DNA of 64,000 nucleotides from an uncultured Methanoregulaceae archaeon. Its GTDB lineage: Archaea > Halobacteriota > Methanomicrobia > Methanomicrobiales > Methanospirillaceae. The notes beneath the pieces were generated by a model. That model saw nothing but the letters and a program-made list of their open reading frames with translations, ran no database searches and was not told the DNA's origin. The stretch is taken from positions 1,952,001-2,016,000 of the forward strand of contig OY970061.1 in assembly GCA_963705255.1 (NCBI GenBank), written 5' to 3'. Shown one piece after another: positions 55,323 through 63,651 of the stretch; position 1 is the stretch's first letter, and each line of letters opens with the position of its first letter. Position numbers and translations under genes: made by a program.

Positions 55323-57818
55323 TCAACCGAGACACCACCGGGTTGCGCTGTGCCCGTTGAACGCAACCTGCATGTACGTATTCTTCAGGTCGTTAACCGC
55401 CGCGTCCGGGACTTCGTAAATGAGGTAGCCGTCAATCGCCTGACTGGGCCCGGGTTTGAGGTTGTAATTCAGGTAATCCATATCGGTTACACTGTTCTCC
55501 TGCCATCCCGAAATACCAGTGCTGGCAGGCGCCGGTGTCGGAGTTGCGGGTGTCGCCGTCGTATTGTTAAGAAGGCCCTGATCTTCAAAGATATTGTACC
55601 CCATCAGGAAGGCGTAGTCCCGCTTGTCCTGCCCGAGCTCCCGGATCCACTCGTAAGGGATATTGGGAAAGACAGCGCTGTAATCGTTGATATTCTGCTG
55701 GTCGGCTAACGACAGGTCGAAATAGGGACTGTGACCATAGCTGACGCCATTGTAGGTTACATTGAACTGGTCTGCAGAGGGAATGATGGCGCTCATCTTC
55801 CCGGTGTTCTCAATCCTGATGAAGACGACGAGGTACGAGTCCCCGGTTGCGGGGACCTGCTGCACAAACCGGTTCCAGTCTGCCCACCACCAGAAGTAGA
55901 ACGGTAGCACCTTCACGTCATATATGGTGGCGCGGATCGCGTGGGACGGATCGCCGTACTGGTAATTCTCGCGGAGGGAGAGCGCGTCCCGGACCGGCAC
56001 TCCCCCGACAGAGGTCGCTGGTGCGGGTCCGGAGGCGGACCTGGAGGTTTCCGACGGAGTTACCGGGTTCGTTGTCGTGGGACCTTCACCGTTCAACCCC
56101 TCGGATGCGAGCAATGCTGCGAGACGGGCGCTCCGGTCGGCGGCAGACAAAGATGCCGAGGATGATGACGCTGATGCGGGGGTATTGCCGGTATTGAAGA
56201 GCCCCGACCCGGCCGAAGAGAGCACGCATGCGACCGCGAGGACGAGGCAGAATCCGGCTGCCACGCCGGCAGCGCCGGCCTTCCGGTTCTTCGCCCTGAA
56301 GGCCCCGCCCCGTTTTGCAACGAACAGTCCGAAGACGAGGCCGGCTACGGCAACGATGAGGGTGAGGGAGGTGGAGAAGAGGGCGGCAAGCGACGGGCTC
56401 GCCGGGCCGAGCGCATGGTTGAGCGGAGGTATACCGGCAAGGATTGCGATGAGGATAAGAATGACCAGCGGGATGGTGAATGGGAGGAGGGCGCGGATGA
56501 AGGGGCGGATTGAACGTCTTGAACTTCCATGATCCGCCGGTTGTACATTAATTGCTCCTTCGGGATGATCCTTCTTACCGGGTACTGGAATACGCATCTT
56601 CTGGCGGAACGTACGGAACCATTGCCTGATGCTGGTGCCGTCTGAATAGATTTTTTCCCCTGGATGCGATAGTTTCGGGGGGTTTGTGGCAGAGTGAACG
56701 ACCGGGATTGTATCGGCATCAGGTGAAAATTGCGGACCCGGCATCGGCTCTGCCGGTGTTCCGCCGTGGCGGACCACTTCCGGCTCGGAAAACAAACCCG
56801 CTGGTACCGGGGGGGCAGTCTCCTCGTCGGTACGCAAGATCAGATCTTTTGGTTTTTTCCTGCGGAAAGACTTTGATAGAGATCTGAAAAGTGAAGACAG
56901 GCGGTTATCCTGATGCCCCTGTGCCTTTGCCGTGGCATAGGAGAGAATTCCCTTTGCCGAGATGTTTATGAGCATCACCATCATGATGAGGATAAACCCG
57001 GCAGCAAATATTGACGACACGGGAAAGACATTGGAATTTTCATAGGAGGTATAGAGGAATACCGGTAGTGACCCGACCAGATTATTGAGTGGATAAATCT
57101 TTATGCCAAGAAGAAACTGCGGGTTCAGTGCGATCCTGAATTCCGGCATGTTCTGGGAATACCCCGCGGTAAGGATGACGACTGCCGACTCTTCTGCAGC
57201 CCTGCCGAATCCCAGGATAGCCCCGACGATGATGCCGGAGAATGCAGAGGGGACGATGATATTCCGGATTGTCAGCCATTTTGTTGCACCGAGTGCGTAG
57301 CTGCCCTCTTCAAGTTCCTTGGATACGCGTGCAATTGCGTCCTCAGTTGCGCGCTCAATCACCGGGAGTATCAGGATGGCAAGTGCCACGGTTCCTGCAA
57401 AGAGGGACTCTCCCCCGGTAATTGGCCTGAGATAGACGACCAGTACGAGGACGCCGAATATCCCCAGTACTATCGAGGGAGTGCCCGAGAGCACTTCGAT
57501 CATCAGCCGTAAAAACCGGGTGAGATGGTTGTCGGGCGCGTATTTCTTGAGATAGATTGCCGTTCCGATTGCGAACGGGATCGCAAGGATAGTAGACGTG
57601 ATGGCCAGAAGAATAGTACCGACAATGGCATTTGCGATCCCGGTCCCGAGACCCATCCCTGAATTGATTTCTGTGAAGAGAATAAAATGCGGCGTCAGGG
57701 ATGCAATGCCTTTAAGGAAGATAATCACGAGAATGAGCAGGAGCATTCCTGCGGCAGAGAGCGCGGCAGCTCCGCAGATCCCCATCATGATCGTCCCTTT
57801 GAGCTTCCGGAGGTTCAT
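55323..57818 (-). CDS. pstA: Phosphate ABC permease PstA fused to a linker, three TM helices and a DUF4352-like Ig domain
   Basis: GTAIYL, LSGTPSIVLGIFG, EGSYALGATKW and GRAAEESA in the first ~300 aa; C-terminal YLVVFIRIENTG...LKPG...DGYLIYEVP. Confidence 0.85.
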   Translation of the reverse strand: MNLRKLKGTIMMGICGAAALSAAGMLLLILVIIFLKGIASLTPHFILFTEINSGMGLGTGIANAIVGTILLAITSTILAIPFAIGTAIYLKKYAPDNHLTRFLRLMIEVLSGTPSIVLGIFGVLVLVVYLRPITGGESLFAGTVALAILILPVIERATEDAIARVSKELEEGSYALGATKWLTIRNIIVPSAFSGIIVGAILGFGRAAEESAVVILTAGYSQNMPEFRIALNPQFLLGIKIYPLNNLVGSLPVFLYTSYENSNVFPVSSIFAAGFILIMMVMLINISAKGILSYATAKAQGHQDNRLSSLFRSLSKSFRRKKPKDLILRTDEETAPPVPAGLFSEPEVVRHGGTPAEPMPGPQFSPDADTIPVVHSATNPPKLSHPGEKIYSDGTSIRQWFRTFRQKMRIPVPGKKDHPEGAINVQPADHGSSRRSIRPFIRALLPFTIPLVILILIAILAGIPPLNHALGPASPSLAALFSTSLTLIVAVAGLVFGLFVAKRGGAFRAKNRKAGAAGVAAGFCLVLAVACVLSSAGSGLFNTGNTPASASSSSASLSAADRSARLAALLASEGLNGEGPTTTNPVTPSETSRSASGPAPATSVGGVPVRDALSLRENYQYGDPSHAIRATIYDVKVLPFYFWWWADWNRFVQQVPATGDSYLVVFIRIENTGKMSAIIPSADQFNVTYNGVSYGHSPYFDLSLADQQNINDYSAVFPNIPYEWIRELGQDKRDYAFLMGYNIFEDQGLLNNTTATPATPTPAPASTGISGWQENSVTDMDYLNYNLKPGPSQAIDGYLIYEVPDAAVNDLKNTYMQVAFNGHSATRWCLG

Positions 57819-58735
57819 GTGGCGCCCTCCACCCGTTTTTTCAGCCGGTTACTGATGATATGGATCGCAGCAACGAACCCTATCTCCATGACCATGAGCA
57901 CGGCACCGATGGCAAAAAGCGCGCTCCGCCCTTCGGGCTCCACTACATAGTACCCGATATCCAGGAGAATTTTGGCGGTCATCGGCATGCCCAGATCGAG
58001 AAACGACGCCGGAGTACTTCCTACATTTCCTACAAGCATCACGACCGCCATCGTCTCGCCCATCGCCCGCATAATTCCCAGGATCAGGCCGGTGACGATG
58101 CCGGAGAGGGACGCAGGGAGTACGAGGTGCTGGATGGTTTCCCATTTTGTTGCCCCGAGCGCAGTCGATCCCTCCCGCAGGTCTGCAGGTACCCCCCGCA
58201 TCGACTCCCGCGAGAGGGCGACAACGGTCGGAAGGATCATGATAGCAAGGACGGTAGCTGCCAGCGGGATGCCGAGCCCGCTATCATTACCCGACCGGAA
58301 TAAGGGAATAAATCCCAGAGTCTTCCCAATGAACGGATTGATATAATCGGTGAAATAGCTCCGCAGGACAAAAAAGCCGAAGATACCGTACACGACTGAC
58401 GGTATCCCCACCAGCAGTTCGATGAGTGTGCTGAGAAGGTGATCGAGCCATGGAGGTGCAAACTCCGAGAGGAATACCGCGGTCGCAAGGCCCAGCGGGA
58501 CCGCGATTGCGACGGTAACGACGGTCACCATCAGGGTTGCGACAATGAATGGCCAGATACCGAACTGGTGGGTTGCATAATCCCACGTAGATCCGAAGAC
58601 AAAACCGAGCCCCTCGCGCCCCAGCACCGGGGCAGCGGCGAAGAGAATATACCCGATGATTATGATGACACTCAGGGCGGTTACAATAGAACAGGAGAGA
58701 AAGAGAAACTTGTGGATATCGGGTTTTCCGTTCAT
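57815..58735 (-). CDS. pstC: Phosphate ABC permease PstC
   Basis: IELLVGIPSVVYGIFG, EGSTALGATKWE and RAMGETMAV. Confidence 0.95.
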   Translation of the reverse strand: MNGKPDIHKFLFLSCSIVTALSVIIIIGYILFAAAPVLGREGLGFVFGSTWDYATHQFGIWPFIVATLMVTVVTVAIAVPLGLATAVFLSEFAPPWLDHLLSTLIELLVGIPSVVYGIFGFFVLRSYFTDYINPFIGKTLGFIPLFRSGNDSGLGIPLAATVLAIMILPTVVALSRESMRGVPADLREGSTALGATKWETIQHLVLPASLSGIVTGLILGIMRAMGETMAVVMLVGNVGSTPASFLDLGMPMTAKILLDIGYYVVEPEGRSALFAIGAVLMVMEIGFVAAIHIISNRLKKRVEGAT

Positions 58736-58738
58736 TGG

Positions 58739-58752
58739 AAAAAAGAAAAAAA
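58739..58752 (-). terminator. Oligo-T tract between pstS and pstC (possible partial terminator)
   Basis: Minus strand TTTTTTTCTTTTTT shortly after the pstS stop codon. Confidence 0.45.
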
Positions 58753-58765
58753 TTATGGTTCAACT

Positions 58766-59902
58766 TCAGACGAAGTCGTAGAGCGAGTACATACCGGCGT
58801 TGTTGTACGCGGTTGCTTCGGTCGGTGACTTTGCGAAGTTAATCAGGTTGGTAACAACCGAGCTTGCTGAGCTGGTGCCCGGGGTCGTGACGATACCGTT
58901 GGTTGATGCAGTGGGTGCAGTTCCCTTGGTGATCCAGTAGAGACCGCCAACAAGGCCCTGGGGGTAGTTCTTTGCGGATCCGCCAGTGTTGTCCTGTGCA
59001 TGCTGGTAATACCAGTCCTTGAGGGAGTTCTTGATGTTAGCGTGGGACGGGACGTACGTTACGGGTGATCCAGAGGAACTGTCGGTGACGTTCAGAATGA
59101 TGATTCCCGATGCGGGAGTTGTGCTGGCAACTCCACCGGTAATCGCGTATCCTGCGTCAACGTAGCCGAGAGCGGACGGGGTGGTCTGAACTAAGGAGAG
59201 TTCTGCTGCATTGCCGTTGTTGGTTCCGGCGTTTGCAATCGGCATTGAGGTGCCAAGGTAGCTGTTGACCGTGTTTTCGGTGCCGGAGCCGGACTCGCGC
59301 TGTTCAACTACTGTATTTATGAGAACGTCGCCACCAGTAGAGGCTGCAGTTGTCTTGCCATTTAAGACATTAGCATTGGTGAATGCAAATACGAGATCTG
59401 CCGTGTGAACGCCACCGGTTTGTGCCGCTGGTGATACCGCGGGTGTCGCCTTGTTGGTGATGAATACGACACCGCGGCCACCGATCTGCGTGTAGTAGAG
59501 GTTCTGGTAGTTCGGGTCGCTCGGGTTGTTTGTCTGGGCGGTTAGGATGTTGGATGCAGACGATGCTGCACCGATGTCGCTGATGCCCATCGCTACGGAT
59601 GAGACACCGGCGCCGGAGCCGCCACCCTGGACATTCAGCTGGTAGCCGGGGTTTGCCTTCTGGAAGTCAGACTGGAGGTTGAGCTCTGCGGGAAGGAGCG
59701 TGGTCGATCCAGCGATGAGGATCTCGGTCTGGGATGCAGACGACGCCTGCGAGGCGGACGCCTGTTTCGATACATCGGTCGAGAAGGTACCCATGATGGT
59801 ACCGACAGCGACCGCACCGATGACTGCGACGACGATAAGAACGAGGGTCGCAACGATCGGCGAGACTGCCATTTCATTGTTCATGTGTTTCAGATTTGCC
59901 AT
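58766..59902 (-). CDS. pstS: Phosphate-binding protein PstS with an archaeal type IV pilin (class III) signal peptide
   Basis: NNEMA|VSPIVATLVLIVVAVIGAVAV N-terminus; binding-protein motifs AGSTT, GGGSGAG, DIGAAS, RESGSGT and LGYV. Confidence 0.88.
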   Translation of the reverse strand: MANLKHMNNEMAVSPIVATLVLIVVAVIGAVAVGTIMGTFSTDVSKQASASQASSASQTEILIAGSTTLLPAELNLQSDFQKANPGYQLNVQGGGSGAGVSSVAMGISDIGAASSASNILTAQTNNPSDPNYQNLYYTQIGGRGVVFITNKATPAVSPAAQTGGVHTADLVFAFTNANVLNGKTTAASTGGDVLINTVVEQRESGSGTENTVNSYLGTSMPIANAGTNNGNAAELSLVQTTPSALGYVDAGYAITGGVASTTPASGIIILNVTDSSSGSPVTYVPSHANIKNSLKDWYYQHAQDNTGGSAKNYPQGLVGGLYWITKGTAPTASTNGIVTTPGTSSASSVVTNLINFAKSPTEATAYNNAGMYSLYDFV

Positions 59903-60068
59903 TGGGATTTCACCTGGGTTTTGTGGATGGAGGAGGCGATAAAAAATTACTAGGGTTTTGGAGTTCTTGCTGATTGATTCCTGGATGTGTGCTCTGCTAC
60001 GGTTTCTTGCGGTGAAGTCATTCATCCCCCACAGATGTCATATCACCGATCAGATAATCGACTGCAAG

Positions 60069-60130
60069 ATATATATTTTTTGCGATCTTAATATAGATTT
60101 TAAAGTAACTAATATAGAGTTAACAATAGA
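60069..60130 (-). promoter_or_regulatory. pstS promoter: BRE/TATA plus repeated TCTATAT/TCTATTG elements
   Basis: Minus strand TCTATTG..CTCTATAT..ATCTATAT..AAAAAATATATATC. Confidence 0.55.
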
Positions 60131-60213
60131 CTTTGAAAACCTGGCGTACCGCCGATCTTCAGGGACCCGGGGATTCCGGGACCGTGCGGCATTCCCGAAA
60201 AAAGGATTGGCGA

Positions 60214-60465
60214 TCATGGATCTTCCCCACGCCAGGAAACCATGATCAGGGTGAATGTGATTAACACCGCCAATATCAGTATGGGCAACGTAAAATCGAC
60301 CCGGAACGAGTACAGGGATATACTCGCCATTGTCATAAGAACGAGACAGGCAGCGGAGACGAATCCAAGTACTTTTTTGTTGCCCGAAAAATTTCCTGGA
60401 TAACTGAAGATGTCCGGATTGTGATCGCTGCTCAACAGGATGTCCCCCACTGTCTGTATGATCAC
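60214..60465 (-). CDS. Small hypothetical two-TM membrane protein
   Basis: Two hydrophobic helices; GAGGAGTG SD-like sequence at the start. Confidence 0.5.
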   Translation of the reverse strand: MIIQTVGDILLSSDHNPDIFSYPGNFSGNKKVLGFVSAACLVLMTMASISLYSFRVDFTLPILILAVLITFTLIMVSWRGEDP

Positions 60466-61059
60466 TCCTCAGTCTTTGAGGGATATATGTTTTCGCAATT
60501 TAATCTATAGTTGTATCTGTTGGATATAGTGAGATTGCAACCCCTCTCCCGCGATACCGCTGTTGAGTTTTGGAGGGGAGGCGCGTATCCGGATCGGGCT
60601 CATCAATCCCTTCACCAGGTATCGGACTATAACAGTTGCCGGTATCCGGCTCTGCAGAACAGGTGCATCGTGTTCCGCCTGCGGCAAGCCATGCGGGGCA
60701 TTCGCCACTCCTACCGGTCCTGATCTTATGGGAGATCTTCCCACCGGGGTTTGGCAAAATACCAGGCTTTATGCGCTTTCCGATCCGGAAGATTCCCGCG
60801 AACCCGGGACCGGCGACCGGGTGCGATGGGGCGGAGTCGGGGATTCCTGTCCTGATACAGAGGGAAAGGTATCAGATTCCCAACCATTCCCGCCTCCCTG
60901 TTCTTTCGGTCGGAGTTCCCGCCCCTCCGTTTTTCCTTTGTCTGTCACAAACCTGACGTCCATAAAAAAAAATAGATCAATAGAGAAGCAAGCGATGGAT
61001 CTCACGTATGACAATTTCACAACATTAATGAGATCAGGTGGAGATTCCATGGTATCCTT

Positions 61060-61263
61060 ATGCTGGAAACTTCTGGTCCGGTTCCGGAAAATACCGGGAA
61101 ATGCTGTCCCTGTTGCAGCAGTGTTCAGGATGTCATCCCGATTGTTTATGCAATACCGACACCGCATCTCCGCACAGCGCAACGGAAGGGAAAGGTCATC
61201 ATATCCGCTCCCCCCTGCGGCCCGCATACGTGGTATTGCAAGAACTGCGGCACCCAGTGGTGA
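61060..61263 (+). CDS. Small zinc-ribbon protein
   Basis: CPCC..VQDVIPIVY..P...G.V....WYCKNCGTQW. Confidence 0.65.
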   Translation: MLETSGPVPENTGKCCPCCSSVQDVIPIVYAIPTPHLRTAQRKGKVIISAPPCGPHTWYCKNCGTQW

Positions 61264-61454
61264 TCTGAGGGGGCCGCTGGAGGCTGTTCCCTCAAGGGGC
61301 AGCGGCTTACTGCCGTGTCACGCTCTTGGCTCATATAAGATAAGTCACACGGTACTTCAGGAACCAACGATAGGGTTGTGCCCGGACCTGTCGGGGCACC
61401 TTACAGATGTGTGCAGAATCTTTTCCAGTTCCCGGTTTTATAGTACATCGTTTC

Positions 61455-61673
61455 CTATCTCCGGAATAATTCGATGAAACTCGCACAGATATATGAAAGG
61501 ATGAAACCCGCAATAAACCCTTCAGCAAATACGATAATCATCTTCACCGGACCGCCGGTGTAAAACCCATAAACGCCTCCCGCTATCGCAAAAAATACTG
61601 CTGCCCACCCGACATGGATTATTGTGATCGCTTTTTGTCCGGATTGATTTTTGTGTTGAGATTTAGTGCTCAT
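61455..61673 (-). CDS. Small hypothetical two-TM membrane protein
   Basis: Two hydrophobic helices and an AT-rich promoter-like region upstream. Confidence 0.55.
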   Translation of the reverse strand: MSTKSQHKNQSGQKAITIIHVGWAAVFFAIAGGVYGFYTGGPVKMIIVFAEGFIAGFILSYICASFIELFRR

Positions 61674-61787
61674 ATTGTATTGTTATATTAATTCGCAATA
61701 ATCGTGTTGTTTTGTTATCTCGGGGATTGGTAAAATATCGTCTGGAATCAGGTGTTCCGGTCGTAATGCGGCAAACGTTCCCAATAA

Positions 61788-61826
61788 CTATAGTCATCTA
61801 TTGATTTTTTGGACAAAAATATATAA
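61788..61826 (+). promoter_or_regulatory. Promoter of the Mth938-like/sixA pair with CTATAG/CTATTG elements
   Basis: CTATAG at 61788, CTATTG at 61798, then AAAAATATATAA (ATATAT at 61819). Confidence 0.45.
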
Positions 61827-61864
61827 ATACCATCTGTGAAAAGAGATCATCCTGAGAAGTCTTA

Positions 61865-62212
61865 ATGAAAACCTGTTATGGGTGGGTTGAGATCGATGGC
61901 ATCCGGTACGACCATGACGTAATCGTCCACCGGAACCGCTCAGTCGAAAAACGATCCAAGAAAAAATCCCGGAAATGCCGGGGTTTCTTCCGGCATACAC
62001 CACTCGCCGACAGTGAGCTCGTCTTTCTTGACAAAGAGAAACCTGAGATCGTGTATATCGGGACCGGACAATTCAATGACCTTCCCATCACACTGGAAGC
62101 CCTCAGGATCCTGGCGAAGTTCACGACAATTATCCGTCCAACTCCGGAGATCATGAATTTCCTCACCGAAGAATATCGTCCATTTGCCGCGGTACTCCAC
62201 GTGAAATGCTGA
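61865..62212 (+). CDS. Mth938-like (DUF498) domain protein
   Basis: YGWVEIDG..YDHDVIV, PEIVYIGTGQ and AAVLHVKC. Confidence 0.85.
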   Translation: MKTCYGWVEIDGIRYDHDVIVHRNRSVEKRSKKKSRKCRGFFRHTPLADSELVFLDKEKPEIVYIGTGQFNDLPITLEALRILAKFTTIIRPTPEIMNFLTEEYRPFAAVLHVKC

Positions 62213-62301
62213 AAGCTTTCACGAACCTCTTCCGGATACGGACTCCCGATATCTTGATAATGGAATGGCGGTACTGATAAGATCGGAAGGAGGTTAACCG
62301 G

Positions 62302-62799
62302 ATGGATCTCTTCATTCTCAGACATGGAAAAGCAGGACAACCTTCAGAAGAACCGGATGACAGTGAGCGGGCGCTCACGGCACCAGGGAGAGAAGAAATT
62401 CGGGATATCGCCCGCTGGATGCGGAGAGAGAAATTCCGGTTCGGTGTCATCGCGTCGAGTCCGCTGATCCGCGCCAGCGAGACCGCCGGCATCGTTGCCC
62501 GGATACTGGACCGGAAGGACAGACTGGTCATCTGGGATGAACTTGCACCGGGAGGCGATCCGGACACCGTCTGTTACCGTGCCGCGCAATCCGGTAAGGA
62601 AACAGCCGTCCTTATCGTTGGCCACGAACCGGATTTATCCGGTCTGGCCGGCAGGATCATCTCCCAAAGCGGCGGACCGGCTTCTCTTGTCATTGCGAAA
62701 GGGGGGCTTGCAAAGATCAGGAATTTTTCGTTCGACAGCCGGCCTTCAGGTAATCTCCAGTGGCTCCTCACCCCGAAACAGATGCTGGCGATGCGATGA
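62302..62799 (+). CDS. sixA: Phosphohistidine phosphatase SixA
   Basis: LRHGKA, RALT..G, SSPLIRASETA and IVGHEP. Confidence 0.92.
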   Translation: MDLFILRHGKAGQPSEEPDDSERALTAPGREEIRDIARWMRREKFRFGVIASSPLIRASETAGIVARILDRKDRLVIWDELAPGGDPDTVCYRAAQSGKETAVLIVGHEPDLSGLAGRIISQSGGPASLVIAKGGLAKIRNFSFDSRPSGNLQWLLTPKQMLAMR

Positions 62800-62923
62800 G
62801 ATCCCGGTGAGGCCGGAACCGGGAGACGAGATCCACGCCCAACCCGGCACCATCCCCGCGGGGGACGCGAGCCCGGGCCCCGGTTGTTCCCGTTCCGGAA
62901 GGCCCAAACCGCAGGGATGCGAT

Positions 62924-63427
62924 TTACTTCAGCGCCGGTACACCTTCCGCCCACGCCTCGATCCGGGTACGGATCGCGTCGTCGCGGTAGGACGAGAGCG
63001 TCACCCGGTGGCGGGCAAGGTTCAGGAAGAACAGCTCGCCGCCGGGGTCATGACACTTCAGCGATACCGCATAGGAGTCCCCTTCCGGGTTCCTGCTGAC
63101 CGCGCCACCGTGCGCGGCGGTATTCGCGAGATGGGAGACAACCGCGGCGATGCCGGCGTGGAAGCCATCGATGGAGTTATAAATTTCTGAGCCGGCGCCC
63201 ACGCGTTTTCCTTTACTGTCCTTATACACGAATTTCGCGGTGTACATCTCGCGGACCTTCTCTACCGGCGGGTGGTTGACGCCGGCAGTCCGGTAGGAGA
63301 CGCACCCGAACGGGTTGTTCTGGATGACATCCCGGACGATCGCATGGAATGCGTCCACATCAGCGATGGGGCTCGCAAGTTTCCTGACGGCACTTTTCTG
63401 TTGGGTATTCTGCTGGAAAGCTGCCAT
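62924..63427 (-). CDS. Conserved hypothetical protein (Methanomicrobiales-type)
   Basis: KSAVRKLASPIAD...NNPFGC..Y...LKCHD...VTLSSY.D..I...IE.WA; GAGGA SD-like sequence upstream. Confidence 0.8.
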   Translation of the reverse strand: MAAFQQNTQQKSAVRKLASPIADVDAFHAIVRDVIQNNPFGCVSYRTAGVNHPPVEKVREMYTAKFVYKDSKGKRVGAGSEIYNSIDGFHAGIAAVVSHLANTAAHGGAVSRNPEGDSYAVSLKCHDPGGELFFLNLARHRVTLSSYRDDAIRTRIEAWAEGVPALK

Positions 63428-63651
63428 TTCAAAGTCCTCATCAAAGGAATCCCCTGCTCACGTCCTCAACCGCTCTCCCGGGAATCATCCGGAAATCTCT
63501 CAAGGTAAACGGGTCTTTACCCGCTCGATGCGTTGAGAGTTCGGGCAAATACGGGGTATCTCTTCGGGAGCATGTGCCGGGATTCTTATTTATTTATAAT
63601 ACTCATAAAATGATTCTAAAAAATATATACCCTGCGGTTGAATGGAGGCAC

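Noticed and set aside
59903-60025. 40-aa N-terminal extension of PstS in the ORF track
   Set aside because: An SD-like AGGTGA precedes ATG 59902 and the pilin-type leader fits that start; the upstream part is more likely 5' UTR.
60563-61477. 304-aa plus-strand ORF with a CxxC
   Set aside because: TTG start, atypical composition and overlap with the more credible zinc-ribbon ORF 61060-61263; probably spurious, although a short Cys-rich 5' part cannot be excluded.
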